Part shown: positions 1 through 11,565 of the stretch, one piece after another
Numbering within the stretch: position 1 is the stretch's first letter
Layout of the letters: each line of letters starts with the position of its first letter
Source: Diplonema japonicum
Lineage: Eukaryota > Protista > Euglenozoa: Diplonemea
Reading direction: 5' to 3'
DNA length: 64,000 nucleotides
NCBI GenBank assembly: GCA_964019335.1
Contig: OZ025682.1
Location: 124,001-188,000, forward strand
Translations under genes and position numbers: made by a program
The notes under the pieces: generated by a model
Told to the model about the DNA's origin: nothing
Seen by the model: the letters and a program-made list of their open reading frames with translations, nothing else
Database searches by the model: none

Positions 1-1
1 T

Positions 2-790
2 GTGACAAAAGCAGGGAAAATCGAAGTAACAAAGCAGTTTTGGAAAGAACACGTGTCCAGCATGCACACAGGGAGGGTTGCAGAGTGCTTCGATGCGTGG
101 CTGGACGAGAACATTGTGTGGAACACTTCAAGACTGAGACTCCCCCTCCGTGCAAAGGGGAAGATCGAAGTCTGCAAAATGTACAACATAGTACAACGGA
201 AAATCATGGGCGGGGAACAAAGCACCGTCTCTATGCGTGTGAATGACGTGACTTACCACCCGAAGACGGACGCTGTGAAGCTTGACTTCACATCCTCTGT
301 ACTGCTCTCCGGTGCGGTTGTACCCACTGTTGAAGAAATCCGATTTACAATAAAATACAATGATAAAATGAGGATCAACCGGGTGGTTGTTTCTCCCGCT
401 GACGATTTTATTATTAGACCAGTGCACACAAAAAATGAAAAAGAAGAGGAGGAGGAAGAGGAAGAAGACGAGGAACGGAGCAAAACGACAACGGAAACCG
501 ACGATAGTACATATTCTGAAGAATTCAATCTCCCTCTCCTTCCTCCCACCACCTCCCGGCCCTGCAACCACAACAACTGGGACCCTGTTCGCGTTAAACG
601 GAGAACCGCCCTGTTGAGGTGCCGTGTTTGCGTTTCACAATGGAAGCTTCCCGTTGGTAAGGTGACAAGGTGCTCGAAATATGTGTCTCCTGATGGGTGC
701 GGGAAGGGATCACTCTGCAATTCCCTCCATGTCAATATGCGAAAATTGACCTACGAGGAGCGGACAGGCACGAAACAGCAATCAGAATGA
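2..790 (+). CDS. SnoaL/NTF2-like + zinc module + CCCH finger protein, array copy 1 (5' end outside window)
   Basis: Family motifs KQFWKE..SSMHTG..ECFDAWLDE.IVW, a poly-E linker, PCNHNNWDPVRVKR..LLRCRVC and C-x8-C-x5-C-x3-H. Confidence 0.85.
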   Translation: MTKAGKIEVTKQFWKEHVSSMHTGRVAECFDAWLDENIVWNTSRLRLPLRAKGKIEVCKMYNIVQRKIMGGEQSTVSMRVNDVTYHPKTDAVKLDFTSSVLLSGAVVPTVEEIRFTIKYNDKMRINRVVVSPADDFIIRPVHTKNEKEEEEEEEEDEERSKTTTETDDSTYSEEFNLPLLPPTTSRPCNHNNWDPVRVKRRTALLRCRVCVSQWKLPVGKVTRCSKYVSPDGCGKGSLCNSLHVNMRKLTYEERTGTKQQSE

Positions 791-864
791 CTAGGGGAAG
801 AAGAAGAAAAAAAAAAAAAGTTACAATACACAAAAAAAAAACAAAAAAAAAAACAAAAAAACCA

Positions 865-949
865 GGGACACCTTGTGCATGAGGACTCCTCACTATACGC
901 GCGTTATGCGTGATACTAACCCGAGGGGTGCTCCAACTCGGGGTGTTTT
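865..949 (+). promoter_or_regulatory. Conserved downstream RNA hairpin element A (GUGAUACUAACCCGAGGGGU)
   Basis: Motif at 910-929; P1 ACTCCTC/GAGGGGT, P2 CGCGC/GCGTG, outer stem GACACCTTG/CGGGGTGTT. Confidence 0.55.
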
Positions 950-1171
950 ATTTCTTTTTTATACCCCCCATTAACCCTACCCTGGTTTTCTTCTTTTTTT
1001 TTTCTCCCTCTCTTTCCTTTTTTGTTTTCAGTTTTTTTTTTTTTTTTCTTTTCTTATATTCCTTTATCTCTCGTCTCCCTTTCTGTTTCTAAGATTGCAT
1101 CGTGGTATTATTACCCCCCTCTCTTCCCCTTTCCATATAAATTACCTTTATCACAGGACGTGTAAAAGCGA

Positions 1172-1204
<33 letters not shown>

Positions 1205-1213
1205 TTGTATTTA

Positions 1214-2044
1214 ATGACAGCAGTTGCCACCCCTTGTGTACTGCAGACCCCGCTGCAGTTTGAACCACCTGAAACAGTGCATTTCAGAAAGGGTGTGGAC
1301 TTAAACGCGACAAAAACGGGTAAAATTGAAGTAACAAAGCAGTTTTGGAGAGAGTACATTTCAGCCATGCACACAGGGAGGGTTGCAGAGTGCTTCGATG
1401 CGTGGCTGGACGAGAACATAATGTGGCACACCTCAGCGAGAAACCTACCGGTGCACACAAAGGGGAAGATCGAAGTCTGCAAAATGTACAACATAGTACA
1501 ACGGAAAATCATGGGCGGGGAACAAAGCACCGTCTCTATGCGTGTGAATGACGTGACTTACCACCCGAAGACGGACGCTGTGAAGCTTGACTTCACATCC
1601 TCTGTACTGCTCTCCGGTGCAACCTTACCTGAAGTGGAAACAGTCCGATTTACAGTGAAATACAATGATGAAATGAAAATCAAACGGATGGTATCTACTA
1701 TTCTGAACACCTTTATGATCAAGCCCGTAGCCCTGTCAAACGAAAGGGAAACAGATGCCAGAATGAAGTCCGACGAATCTCGTGGTTTGTCTCTTCCTCC
1801 CGCTATGTCTCGTCCGTGTCCCCACAACAACTGGGACCCTGTTCGGGTTAAACGGAAAAATGCTTCGCTGAGGTGCCGTGTTTGTTCTTCACAATGGAAG
1901 CTTCCCGTTGGTAAGGTGACACGGTGCCCGAAATACGTCTCCCCTGATGGGTGCGGGAAGGGATCACTCTGCAATTCCCTCCATGTCAATATGCGAAAAT
2001 TGACCTACGAGGAGCGGACAGGCACGAAACAGCAATCTTTATAA
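1214..2044 (+). CDS. SnoaL/NTF2-like + zinc module + CCCH finger protein, copy 2
   Basis: ATG at 1214; same motifs; blocks identical to copy 1. Confidence 0.88.
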   Translation: MTAVATPCVLQTPLQFEPPETVHFRKGVDLNATKTGKIEVTKQFWREYISAMHTGRVAECFDAWLDENIMWHTSARNLPVHTKGKIEVCKMYNIVQRKIMGGEQSTVSMRVNDVTYHPKTDAVKLDFTSSVLLSGATLPEVETVRFTVKYNDEMKIKRMVSTILNTFMIKPVALSNERETDARMKSDESRGLSLPPAMSRPCPHNNWDPVRVKRKNASLRCRVCSSQWKLPVGKVTRCPKYVSPDGCGKGSLCNSLHVNMRKLTYEERTGTKQQSL

Positions 2045-2102
2045 CTTTTTTACACAAAAAGAAAAAAAAAAATTGAAAAAAAAAAATAATAATAGGGCCC
2101 CG

Positions 2103-2181
2103 TTTGTGCAGTTGCGTCACCCCCAACAATTCGCACGAAAGAAATGTGTGATACTCACCCGAGGGGTGGTCCTGCCACAAA
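2103..2181 (+). promoter_or_regulatory. Conserved downstream RNA hairpin element B
   Basis: Motif GTGTGATACTCACCCGAGGGGT at 2146-2167; P1 GTCACCCC/GGGGTGGT, P2 TCGCACG/TGTGTGA, outer stem TTTGTGCAG/CTGCCACAAA. Confidence 0.55.
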
Positions 2182-2709
2182 GTTTTCCTTATGAACGTTC
2201 TCGTGTTATTTTTTTTTTTCCCCCTCTTATTCTACTTCGATAAGGATGAATTCCTAAGAAAATTTCCTAGTATCCACTCGAACCAGAAGGTTCGAGGGAA
2301 TGTAGCCTACAATGCGACACGCTCACGACTGCCCATCAACACCTTTGGACTATTCGTGTTCTCTTTTTTTTTTTTCATTTATTCTCTCTTACTTGCAACG
2401 AATTGCCCCTCGTTTCGTTAAATTTCCTCTCCCCCCTTTCCCCCTTCTACCTCTCATCCTTTCTATTCCTCTAGTATCCTTTGTTTTTTTTTTTTTTTTT
2501 TTTCTTCTTCTTCTTGTCAAAAGAAAAAGGGAAGAGGGAAAAAAAAAAAAAAAAAAAAAAAAAATCATCGGGAAAAAAAAAACTTGTTTTTATTTATTTT
2601 TATTTTTTTTTATAAAAAATCCAGCAACAAAAAAAAAAAAAAAAAAAAAAAAAGCAAGCGTGGGGGTGAAAAATATTAAGAAAAAAAAAAAAAACAAAAC
2701 AAAAAAAAA

Positions 2710-3477
2710 ATGGAAGTAGCGCTCCCCCCAGTAAACATTCAAAGATGCGACGAACCAGCAGAGACACTGGACGAAGAACTAAGTGCGAACGGAGAGGAAA
2801 AGGTAGAGATGACGAAGCATTTTTGGCGAGACAGCGTCACCGCAATGTACAAAGGGTGTGCGGCCGAATGTTACGACGCCTGGCTGGCCGATGAGGTGGT
2901 GTGGCACACAACAGGAATGCAGCCCTGCATCAGCGGGAAGGGAAAACGAGGCGTGGGCACGTTCTGCAAAATACTGCAGCAGAAGATCATGGGCAGCCCC
3001 CACAGCGTTGTAACTAAACGAGTAGACGATGTGGTGTATCACCCGAAAACCGATATGGTGAAACTTGACTTCACCTCCTCTGTACTTTTCGCAGGTGCCA
3101 CAGAACCAGAAGTCGAATTCATCCGATTTTGTTTTCAATGGGACGAATCCATGAAAATAAGAAGCGTGGTGGTCTCACCTCCCGATGAGGAGCCTGAGCT
3201 GCAGCAAGTAAGACCTTCCGTACTTTCCCGTCCAACGGCAGACCGGCCGTGCCTCCACAACAACTGGGATCCTGTTCGGGTTAAAAGGCTGCATTCACTC
3301 CTGCGGTGCAGAGCTTGCGCCTCGCAGTGGAAGCTTCATGTCACTAAGGTGGTACGATGCCCTAAGTATGGTGCCCCTGGTGGATGTCAACAAGGCTCGC
3401 TTTGCAGTGCGCTCCACGTCAACACACGGAAGCAGACTTACGAAGAACGTACTGGAATGAAGCAGCAAAGTGAGTGA
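2710..3477 (+). CDS. SnoaL/NTF2-like + zinc module + CCCH finger protein, copy 3
   Basis: ATG after a poly-A run; PCLHNNWDPVRVKR..RCRAC and CPKYGAPGGCQQGSLCSALH. Confidence 0.88.
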   Translation: MEVALPPVNIQRCDEPAETLDEELSANGEEKVEMTKHFWRDSVTAMYKGCAAECYDAWLADEVVWHTTGMQPCISGKGKRGVGTFCKILQQKIMGSPHSVVTKRVDDVVYHPKTDMVKLDFTSSVLFAGATEPEVEFIRFCFQWDESMKIRSVVVSPPDEEPELQQVRPSVLSRPTADRPCLHNNWDPVRVKRLHSLLRCRACASQWKLHVTKVVRCPKYGAPGGCQQGSLCSALHVNTRKQTYEERTGMKQQSE

Positions 3478-3914
3478 AAAAAAAAAGAAAAAAGAAGAGA
3501 AAAAAAAAAAGATATAGGTATAATGTCTGGCGACCCATCCTGGGGGGTGGGGTCGTTAAGGACACAGCTTCCTCCCCCCCCATTCCCCTTTTCATCCCCT
3601 CCTCGTACTTTCCTTCTGAGGAAGGGATACGCCTTGCTTGGTTCACCGCACTCTCTGTGTCTCTTTCTGTGTTCGAACAAAAATCACGGTTTGATGGATG
3701 AGTCCCCCCTACTCCCCCCTCCGCACTATTGTTCGTGTTTATATATTTTAAACAAAAGGGGGGGGGGGGGGGACTGTTTGAAAAGCCCCCCTGCCGAGAC
3801 TAACGGTGACAATGAAGAAGAGAATGCGACGATTCTGGTGCTGATGCTAATATGAATTTTTTTTTTGTTCCCCCCTCATCCCCCTTCAGAAGAGGGGAAA
3901 AAGAAAAAAAAAAA

Positions 3915-4694
3915 ATGGATCCATCTGCAATAGTTGCCGTTGAACCACCAGAGGTGACAACCTTCGGTGTTGGTGTGCACAGAGACGCAAAAGGAGAAGA
4001 AAAAATCGTAGTTATGAAACAGTTTTGGAAGGAGTACATTTCAGCCATGCACACGGGGAGGGTTGCAGAGTGCTTCGATGCATGGATGGACGAGGATGTT
4101 GTGTGGACTACGGACTGTGTGGCATACCAAGCGAAAGGGATCATGGAGGTCTGCAAACTATATAACCAGGTACAAGAAAGAGTCATGGGCGGCAGGGACA
4201 GCACCGTCTCCATGCGTGTGAACGACATGACGTACCACCCGAAGACGGACTCTGTTAAAATTGACTTCATCTCTTCCATTCGATTCCCAGGTGTCTTTGT
4301 ACCAAAGGTAGAGGCACTCCGGTTTAATATAAAAACTACTGAAAAAATGAAGATATTGAAAGTTGTTGTGAACCACATTCAATCAACCATCGATCCTGTC
4401 CACGGTGACAATGATGAAGCTAAAGAAGAGGAGCAACAACAACAACAACAACAGCATTTACAACAACAACGACCCTGTCTCCACAACAACTGGGACACTG
4501 TTCGGGTCAAACGGGGGTTTGCTCTCCTGCGGTGCAGGGTTTGCTCTTTGCAATGGAAGCTGAACAAGGTGGTGCGGTGTTCCTCATATACATCGCCTGA
4601 AGGGTGTCCTAAGGGAACTGGTTGTCCTTTGCTTCACGTTAATATGCGGAAGCTGACGTCAGAGGAACGGGCTGAAGCACTGCGCAGAAAATAA
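3915..4694 (+). CDS. SnoaL/NTF2-like + zinc module + CCCH finger protein, copy 4 (poly-Q linker)
   Basis: ATG at 3915 after poly-A; family motifs intact. Confidence 0.88.
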   Translation: MDPSAIVAVEPPEVTTFGVGVHRDAKGEEKIVVMKQFWKEYISAMHTGRVAECFDAWMDEDVVWTTDCVAYQAKGIMEVCKLYNQVQERVMGGRDSTVSMRVNDMTYHPKTDSVKIDFISSIRFPGVFVPKVEALRFNIKTTEKMKILKVVVNHIQSTIDPVHGDNDEAKEEEQQQQQQQHLQQQRPCLHNNWDTVRVKRGFALLRCRVCSLQWKLNKVVRCSSYTSPEGCPKGTGCPLLHVNMRKLTSEERAEALRRK

Positions 4695-4801
4695 TTTTTA
4701 TAAGAAAAAAAAAAAAGAACAAAAGAACAGAGGAAGAGCTCGCCCCCATTTTATGCACGCTATTTTTTTATTGGCCGGCTGTGCACAAACAACAATCAAC
4801 C

Positions 4802-4859
4802 GACTCTTTTTTTTTTTTTTTTTGTTTCCATCAGTGTGATACTAACCCGAGGGGTCTTC
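4802..4859 (+). promoter_or_regulatory. Conserved downstream RNA hairpin element C
   Basis: Motif GTGTGATACTAACCCGAGGGGT at 4834-4855; P1 partner GACTCTTT at 4802 (or GAAGA..CCCC at 4733-4747). Confidence 0.5.
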
Positions 4860-5691
4860 AGCGAACACACATTAAAAAAAAAAAAAAAAAAAAAAAAGTC
4901 AATCCGCTGCCCTCGAGGCGGTGAAGTCAGTCGTTCCCTGGCGATAGGTAAGTGGTTTTGAAGTCTTTTGGGGAGGTTGGTGAGCTGACACTGTGAAGTA
5001 ATGAGATTTAGCGTGAAAATGGGTAACCCCGAGAGTGAAGTAATTTCAGAAGAGTGAAATAGGAAAAAAAAAAGGGGGGGCGAAAAAAAAAATGCATCCG
5101 AATACGTTTCTTACTTTTATATTTTCCGTGATCACTCTATTTTTTTATTTTCTTTTTTTCATTAAAAAGAGAGGGGGGGGTGACACCACCCATGCTGTTC
5201 CGGGAAAGTTTTTTTTAACCATTAAAAGACGGCTGATCAAATATTCTATGATTACTAAACCAACACTTGTGTAAAACAGTTTAGCATCCACAAGGACAAG
5301 AACTCATAGACATCGCCCCTTTGTGGTACTTGCAAACGGTAGACACCGTAGAGATGAACAGCTTGAGATCCTTGATACGCTTATGTGAGAAACGGGGCGA
5401 AAAAATTAAAATCTTGTTTTGTCGCTTAGATAGTTTGTGATCTTTGCGCTTGTGAAGTTTGAAATTCTTTTTTTTTTTTTTTTTTGGCAACTTCAGGCGA
5501 TCCTGTCACATACTGCAGGTTCCCTTCAATGACACCTTTTTTTTTTTTTTTTTGCTAACCACTTCGTTCCTATCATAGTGAATTTTTTTTTTTTGATCTT
5601 CTTTCTCCCTTCCTTTCTATTTTTTTTTTTTTCCTTCTCGTTCTCCAAAAAAAAAAAAAAAAAAGCACCCGGAAAAAAAAAAAAAAAAAAA

Positions 5692-6519
5692 ATGGCGATC
5701 GCATGTGATCAAGCACTACCTCCGTTCCAGTTCCCTCCTGAAATGATGCGGTTTCGAGACGGGGTGAATTTGCAGGCGATAGGTGATGAGAAAGTGGTGG
5801 TTACAAAGCAATTTTGGAAGGAGTATAATTCCGCGATGCACACGGGGAAGGTGGCAGACTTCTACGAGGCGTGGCTGGACGACGAAGTTGTGTGGACATC
5901 CTCCCGCCTCCCGCTCGGCCTGAAGTCAAAAGGGAAGCTCGGCGCCTGTCGAAATTATAACATTGTGGTTGATAAAATCCTAGGCGGGACTAAGAGTACA
6001 GTATCCACGAGAGTAAACAACGTCACATACCACCCAAAAACGGATGTGGTGAGGTTAGATTTCACGTCCTCTGTAATGCGGCCTGGCGCCATAGTCCCGA
6101 CAGTGGAATATCGAAGATTTACCATAAGGTTCAACAACCAAATGAAAATTGCGCAGGTTGTGGTGTCACCTTGTGATGACTTCCTTATTTGCCCGGTGAG
6201 GACATTATCGTCTGATGATGAAGATGATGATGGTTGTGACTCTGAAAAAAATGCGTCCGCGTCTGTGCCTTTGCAGCCCCCTACCATGACAAGGCCGTGC
6301 CTCCACAACAATTGGGACCCTGTACGGGTTAAGAGGCGGCATGCGTTGTTGAGGTGCAGGGTGTGTGCCTCGCAATGGAAAATTCCGGTTGCAAAGGTTT
6401 CACGCTGTCCCAAGTACCACGTCACCGGGTGCGCTAAGGGGGAGGAGTGTGGGTCTCTGCACATAAATGTTCGGAAGCAAACGTACACACAGCGTACTGG
6501 GCTTAAGTGTATTTGTTAA
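5692..6519 (+). CDS. SnoaL/NTF2-like + zinc module + CCCH finger protein, copy 5
   Basis: ATG at 5692; finger is C-x7-C-x5-C-x3-H. Confidence 0.88.
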   Translation: MAIACDQALPPFQFPPEMMRFRDGVNLQAIGDEKVVVTKQFWKEYNSAMHTGKVADFYEAWLDDEVVWTSSRLPLGLKSKGKLGACRNYNIVVDKILGGTKSTVSTRVNNVTYHPKTDVVRLDFTSSVMRPGAIVPTVEYRRFTIRFNNQMKIAQVVVSPCDDFLICPVRTLSSDDEDDDGCDSEKNASASVPLQPPTMTRPCLHNNWDPVRVKRRHALLRCRVCASQWKIPVAKVSRCPKYHVTGCAKGEECGSLHINVRKQTYTQRTGLKCIC

Positions 6520-7014
6520 AAGGAAGAAGAAAAAAAAATAAATAAATAAAGAAAAAAATCTTATATGAGCTCGTCCGGACGAAAATGTCAACATTTTTGA
6601 AAGAGAGGATACTTTGAGAAAGGCAACACAGCCAAAAAAGAAAGAAAGGCCGAGGCCCCAGAAGGGAGAAAGGGGTAGATAAGTAGAGACAAGGGGGACG
6701 TTCCAAGACAGGAACCTCCTTTATCTCATCTCTTTTTTTTTACTTCTTCTAACAACAAGTTAAAAAAAAAAATATTCTTTTTGTTTCGCAGATGCCGATT
6801 TTGGTGGGAATTTTACAATTCGATTAAAAAAAAAAAAAATTCGATGCTATATTCGAGTCTCCAATTCTTCTTCACCCTCTTTTTTTTTTTTTTTCTTCTG
6901 CATTCATTTTGATAGGGATGATAAACAAAAGAAAAAGAAAAAAAAAAGAACATACAACCTGTGTAAATTGAAAAAAAAAAAAAGAAGAAAAAGAAAGTGG
7001 ACACACACAATACA

Positions 7015-7114
7015 GGGTTCCCAAGCGAATTGAAAGACTCGTGCCACAGGACTCCGTTAAGCCCATCTCGCTCCATTCTTTTATCCCGGCTGTGAACTAA
7101 CTTACGGGGAACTC
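7015..7114 (+). promoter_or_regulatory. Degenerate copy of the downstream hairpin element
   Basis: P1 GGGTTCCC/GGGAACTC, P2 CACAG/CTGTG; loop strand AACTAACTTACG retains ACUAAC. Confidence 0.35.
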
Positions 7115-7607
7115 GGATTTCTTTTTGGTATATTTCTCTCTTTTCATCCCTTTATTGTGTTTATTCCCACCTTCTTTTTTTTTGATTTTTATTTATTCGG
7201 GATTAAACCCCCCCCCCCCCCCTCCTTGTTCCTTCTTACCTCTATTTCTCGCTTTTTTTTTTATTAATTCACTCTTTTTGAAATTACTCCAAGGGGGGGA
7301 ACCCGGAACTGCAACTTCTCAAGGGGAAATAGACCAACCATAGAAAGTTCCAAAAAAAAACCCCCCCCCACTTTCGGGTATTTTTTTTTTCTAAATTTCC
7401 CAAAAATGCAACCGGTATTTTAGAAAGCGAAACAAAAAAGGGAAGGGAAACAAAAAGAAGAAGAAAAAAAATACTGTAAATGGCCCAACTGCTACCTACT
7501 CGGCCTACCTGGACAAACGTCCGGGTTATTTTGGCGCTAGAGTATTTTTTTTTTTTTTCCCCGGTCCAACATTTTTTTTCCACTTTTCAGTATATATATA
7601 CATATAT

Positions 7608-8507
7608 ATGACAATGGCATGTGCACCACAACCTGGGGTCCTAGGATACAGGACCATCCCGCCTCCCTTTCAGCAACCCCCAATGGTTGAAAAATACCGT
7701 GAAAGCGTCAATGTAAATGCAAGCGGCGGGGAAAAGATCGAGGTAGCCAAGCAGTACTTACGGGAACACCTCTCCAGCATGCACAATGGCCGTGTGGCGG
7801 AGTGCTACGATGCGTGGCTGACAGACGATGTGGTGTGGATGACGACAAAGCTCCCGCTACTTCTACGCGCAAGTGGCAAGGAAGAAACCTGCAGAATGTA
7901 CAACATCCTCTTGAGAAAGATGGGCGGCCCGGGTGCAACTATCTCAATGAGGGTGAATCGGGTGGACTACAACCCTTTGTACGACTGTATTTCTATTGAT
8001 GTTCAGGTTTCTATTCTGCCCATTGGGGAGGTTGTGCCACGTGTTGCTTGCAGACGGTCAACATTGAAATTCAATGATGAGATGAAAATATCGCGGATTA
8101 TTGTCACCCCGAGCAACCACCACATTTTTAACCCAATCACCATAACCGAGAATCGTTCCTATGGGTTGGACCTAACCGACGATGAGGAGGAGCTTCCTGT
8201 CGATGTTGATGAAAAAATTCTTTCTCCGCCTTCATCCCAACGCCCGTGTAACCATAATAATTGGGACCCTGTTCGGGTGAAGCGCAAGCATGCTCTTCTT
8301 AGATGCAGGGCTTGTGCTTCACAATGGAAGCTTTTGGCTGCTGAGGTCACAAGGTGCCCGAAATATTATACCGGATGTCCTATTGGGGAGAGCTGTACTA
8401 TGTTGCATATTAATGCAAGGAAGCTTACTTACGAGCAGCGGACTGGGATGAAGCTGCAGGAGCAGGACAAGGAGGTAAAAAAGAAGAAGAAGAGTAAGAA
8501 AGAATGA
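7608..8507 (+). CDS. SnoaL/NTF2-like + zinc module + CCCH finger protein, copy 6
   Basis: Family motifs; finger is C-x6-C-x5-C-x3-H; Lys-rich C-terminus. Confidence 0.88.
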   Translation: MTMACAPQPGVLGYRTIPPPFQQPPMVEKYRESVNVNASGGEKIEVAKQYLREHLSSMHNGRVAECYDAWLTDDVVWMTTKLPLLLRASGKEETCRMYNILLRKMGGPGATISMRVNRVDYNPLYDCISIDVQVSILPIGEVVPRVACRRSTLKFNDEMKISRIIVTPSNHHIFNPITITENRSYGLDLTDDEEELPVDVDEKILSPPSSQRPCNHNNWDPVRVKRKHALLRCRACASQWKLLAAEVTRCPKYYTGCPIGESCTMLHINARKLTYEQRTGMKLQEQDKEVKKKKKSKKE

Positions 8508-8518
8508 AAATAAAAATG

Positions 8519-8549
<31 letters not shown>

Positions 8550-8633
8550 TCGATTCCACTTAATTCTCTGGTGGGGGGAAAAAAAAGAAGAAAAAAATTT
8601 TTTATGTGTTACAAATATTTTATCTTTCGGGGG

Positions 8634-8666
<33 letters not shown>

Positions 8667-8669
8667 TAT

Positions 8670-9150
8670 TTTATAACTATATGCAACTTTGTGCCGAGCA
8701 AAAAAAGGAAAAAAAATAGGGCTGTGATTGCAACACTAGGTGGCGTTAAGCGTGCAATGAAGCACGAACTACCTACTTGATTACAGGGGGCGCTCCTCGG
8801 CCGAGCAGTAGCTTCTTCTGCGTTCCGCGTCGTGTCCTTAATGCGTGCGGTGTGCTCAACCCTAGCCGGGGCGTCCCGGGTAACCAAGATTCTGCGCTCG
8901 TGCAGTTTGCTGCCTGTTCGTCACCCTGAGCATCTGCGTTACGTTCTTCCACTCGGGCGCTACCGGTGATGACCGACGAGGAGGTCAACAGCGAACAACA
9001 CATCTGATGTACTTCTTATATTTCCATGTTATCCCCACCACCTACTAAAAAAAATTTTCGCAGCCTTTTTCTATTTTTTATTTTTTAAATACTATAAAAA
9101 CTTTTAATTTTTTTTGCTCGTGAACAACAAAAGACAAATAGTCATAAAAG
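8670..9150. repeat. Dispersed element with imperfect inverted ends (TTATAACT..GTGCCGAGCAAAA / TTTTGCTCGTG..ATAGTCATAA), carrying a nested insert
   Basis: Shorter copies without the insert at about 28408-28550 and 29663-29752; partial copy at about 11161. Confidence 0.6.
8777..9041 (+). repeat. GC-rich dispersed repeat of about 260 bp, copy 1
   Basis: Reverse-complement match to 12940-13161. Confidence 0.75.
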
Positions 9151-9387
9151 AATTCCTTTTTTTTTTCTTCTGTTTTGTTTTTAACTCCAGCAAAAAAAAA
9201 ACTTGTGTGGGAGTGAAATTCCCACACCCCACATACTCAAAGTTTGCTGTCGTTAAATAAAACAACGTATTTGTGAATATAAAATTGATGAGTTCGCTCG
9301 TAGTGGCGGGTTTTCAATTACCTCACTCGTCAAAACCACTGCCACCACGCGCGAAATCATGGGATCATATATATTCACTAAATAAAT

Positions 9388-9418
<31 letters not shown>

Positions 9419-9753
9419 GTTTTGTTCGGGCGTGTTGTGCAAGTATTTCTTTTTTTTTCCCCCTTTTTTTTCCCCCTGAAAATTATCCCTATCTTATTAT
9501 GTTTACTTTACTTCAAAAACTCGTTCTGCATACAACTGAGATTTTCTTTTTTTTTTGTTGTTGTTGTAAACCTTCAAAAAAAAAGAAAAAATTGACCCCC
9601 CCCAAAAAAAGTTGTTTTTGCTCCTATGTGTGGGTTTTCGATTTCTTTTCTAGATTTCTTGGATGGCACAGTTTGGCTGATTGTATTTGATTTCTTTTTT
9701 TTCAGATTGCCACAATCCGTTATGCTGCACGCAAACAAGCAAAGATCTAGAAT

Positions 9754-9811
<58 letters not shown>

Positions 9812-10064
9812 CTTTTTGTAAAGTTACATGAGGAAATTCCTAAAGAGCCATAAAAATCAGAAATCACTTTACGGTTCACGAGTAAAAATAAAGTGAAGAA
9901 TAAAAATCAGGTAATAGGCCGAATTTGGCTTAAAAAAGTGCCGTAAAAATCAGGTAAAATGGTATTCGTCTTCATTTGTGGCCGCTGACACCGCCATAGG
10001 TCAGTGGTCAGGACCCTCGGCCAGGGTTTCAGGGGTCGATATACATTAATCGCCTCGCAAAAAC

Positions 10065-10271
10065 ATGAGACGAAACCCAACCAACCCAACCAGTCAGGTT
10101 ACCACGTTTCCGGGCAACCAAGCATCACTCCTGAGGCTGGCAAATGCCGAAAATTACACTGGCCATGCATACAGGCGTTCTTTTGCACAATACCTTGTTG
10201 ATGAAGGAACCTGCTGTTTTGGCTGGAAGTCAGACCTGATCAAGCCCCCGCACAAAACCAGCAGTTTCTGA
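10065..10271 (+). pseudogene. Crypton-like tyrosine recombinase fragment
   Basis: LLRLANAENYTGHAYRRSFAQYLVDEG...GWKS resembles the box II H-x-x-R ... GW motif of Crypton-type tyrosine recombinases; internally deleted. Confidence 0.6.
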
Positions 10272-11565
10272 AGAGCGATGATCAAGTGCCGACACAAATT
10301 ACACGAAACCTACAGAATTCTGTCAATTTGACATCCTCTTCTCAGGCAATCAGGCTCAGTTTTGACATCAGTGTGAACATTTCGCAGAAGTGAACATAAA
10401 GGGTTCACAGTGTCCGAAATTTCCTCATTTAACATTACAAAAATTAAATAAAATATCATATTAAATAAAAATCAGATTTTTATTTAATAAATAGTTATTT
10501 TTTTATTTTTTTTATTTTTTTTATTTTTTATTTTATTTTTTTTCCCTTCCTCAGGCTTCATACCACACTGAAGAGAGGAAAAGAGGGGTCAAAAAAAAAA
10601 GGGGGGAAGGGGTGTCTTTGTTTTTCATTTTCTTCCCCCTTAATCCCAACTTTATATTTCTACCTTTCTGCGAGGCATCAGAGTGCGGAAGGGCATATGG
10701 GAGGTCCACCCCATGGAAATAGCAAAAGGCGATTTTTTTTTCCCCTTCATACCTTCTTTTTTTTCTCCACCTCTTCTTCCCTTGCTTCTTAACCTAACTA
10801 CTCTCAAAATTTTGTTTCCACTCCCCTTAGTTTGTGTCCCCTCCACCACACCCCCCTCCCCGCCTTCTACTTAGGGAAGTTCACGAAGCAGTTTACTGTT
10901 AAACTGTTTTCCCCTGTTCTTTACCTATATCTATAAAAAGATTTTTTTTTTTTTTTGGCCAAGTTTTTTCCTGAAATTACTGAGAGGGGGGAGGCAAACC
11001 TGTTTTTGAAAAATCTGAATGTTGCCTATGAAAAAAATGAAGTCCCCCCTGAAGAAGAATATCGCTTTTTTTTTTTCTTTTTTTTTTCTAAAACGCAGGA
11101 AAGAGCAGAAAAAAAAAAAAAAAAAGAATGAGAAGAAGAAATGAAAACACTGCGAGGGGGACTTGTGCCGAGCACAAAGAAGAAAAAAAAATAATCTTTA
11201 TATAGCTACCGGATCTTTTGGACTCAATACAGCACGAGGGATGTAGTTGGAACGGGAAAATGTTTTCAAAGGATAAATTATGAAACTTTTTTCCGATTTC
11301 GTAAAACCTCCCGGAGACGCCATTACCCACATGGCCCCTGTCCAGGCAGCCGAAGAGGTACTTTCACCGTGTGCGCCTCGGCCTGGGGAGGATCAACACC
11401 GTCCTCGGACGCAGATCGCAGCTCTTCCAGCGCAGTGTGTGAGGTGGTTCTCCCTGGACGCGGCCCTGTCCAAGATTTTTTACTTTTTTTACCTCTCCCC
11501 CGCCTTCATTTTCTTTTTTTTTTTCTCCCCAATTTTTTTTTTTCCCAAGGTTCAAAAAAGAAAAA

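Noticed and set aside
865-949. SECIS interpretation of the GUGAU hairpin
   Set aside because: GUGA lies on the 3' strand with no opposing GA quartet or apical AA loop. Copies 2 and 4, which also carry the element, end in TAA and have no in-frame TGA.
5494-5530. TPP riboswitch or spliced-leader RNA identity for the GGCGATCCTGTCAC motif
   Set aside because: It lacks the CUGAGA junction and overall TPP architecture, and does not resemble euglenozoan SL exons that I recognise.
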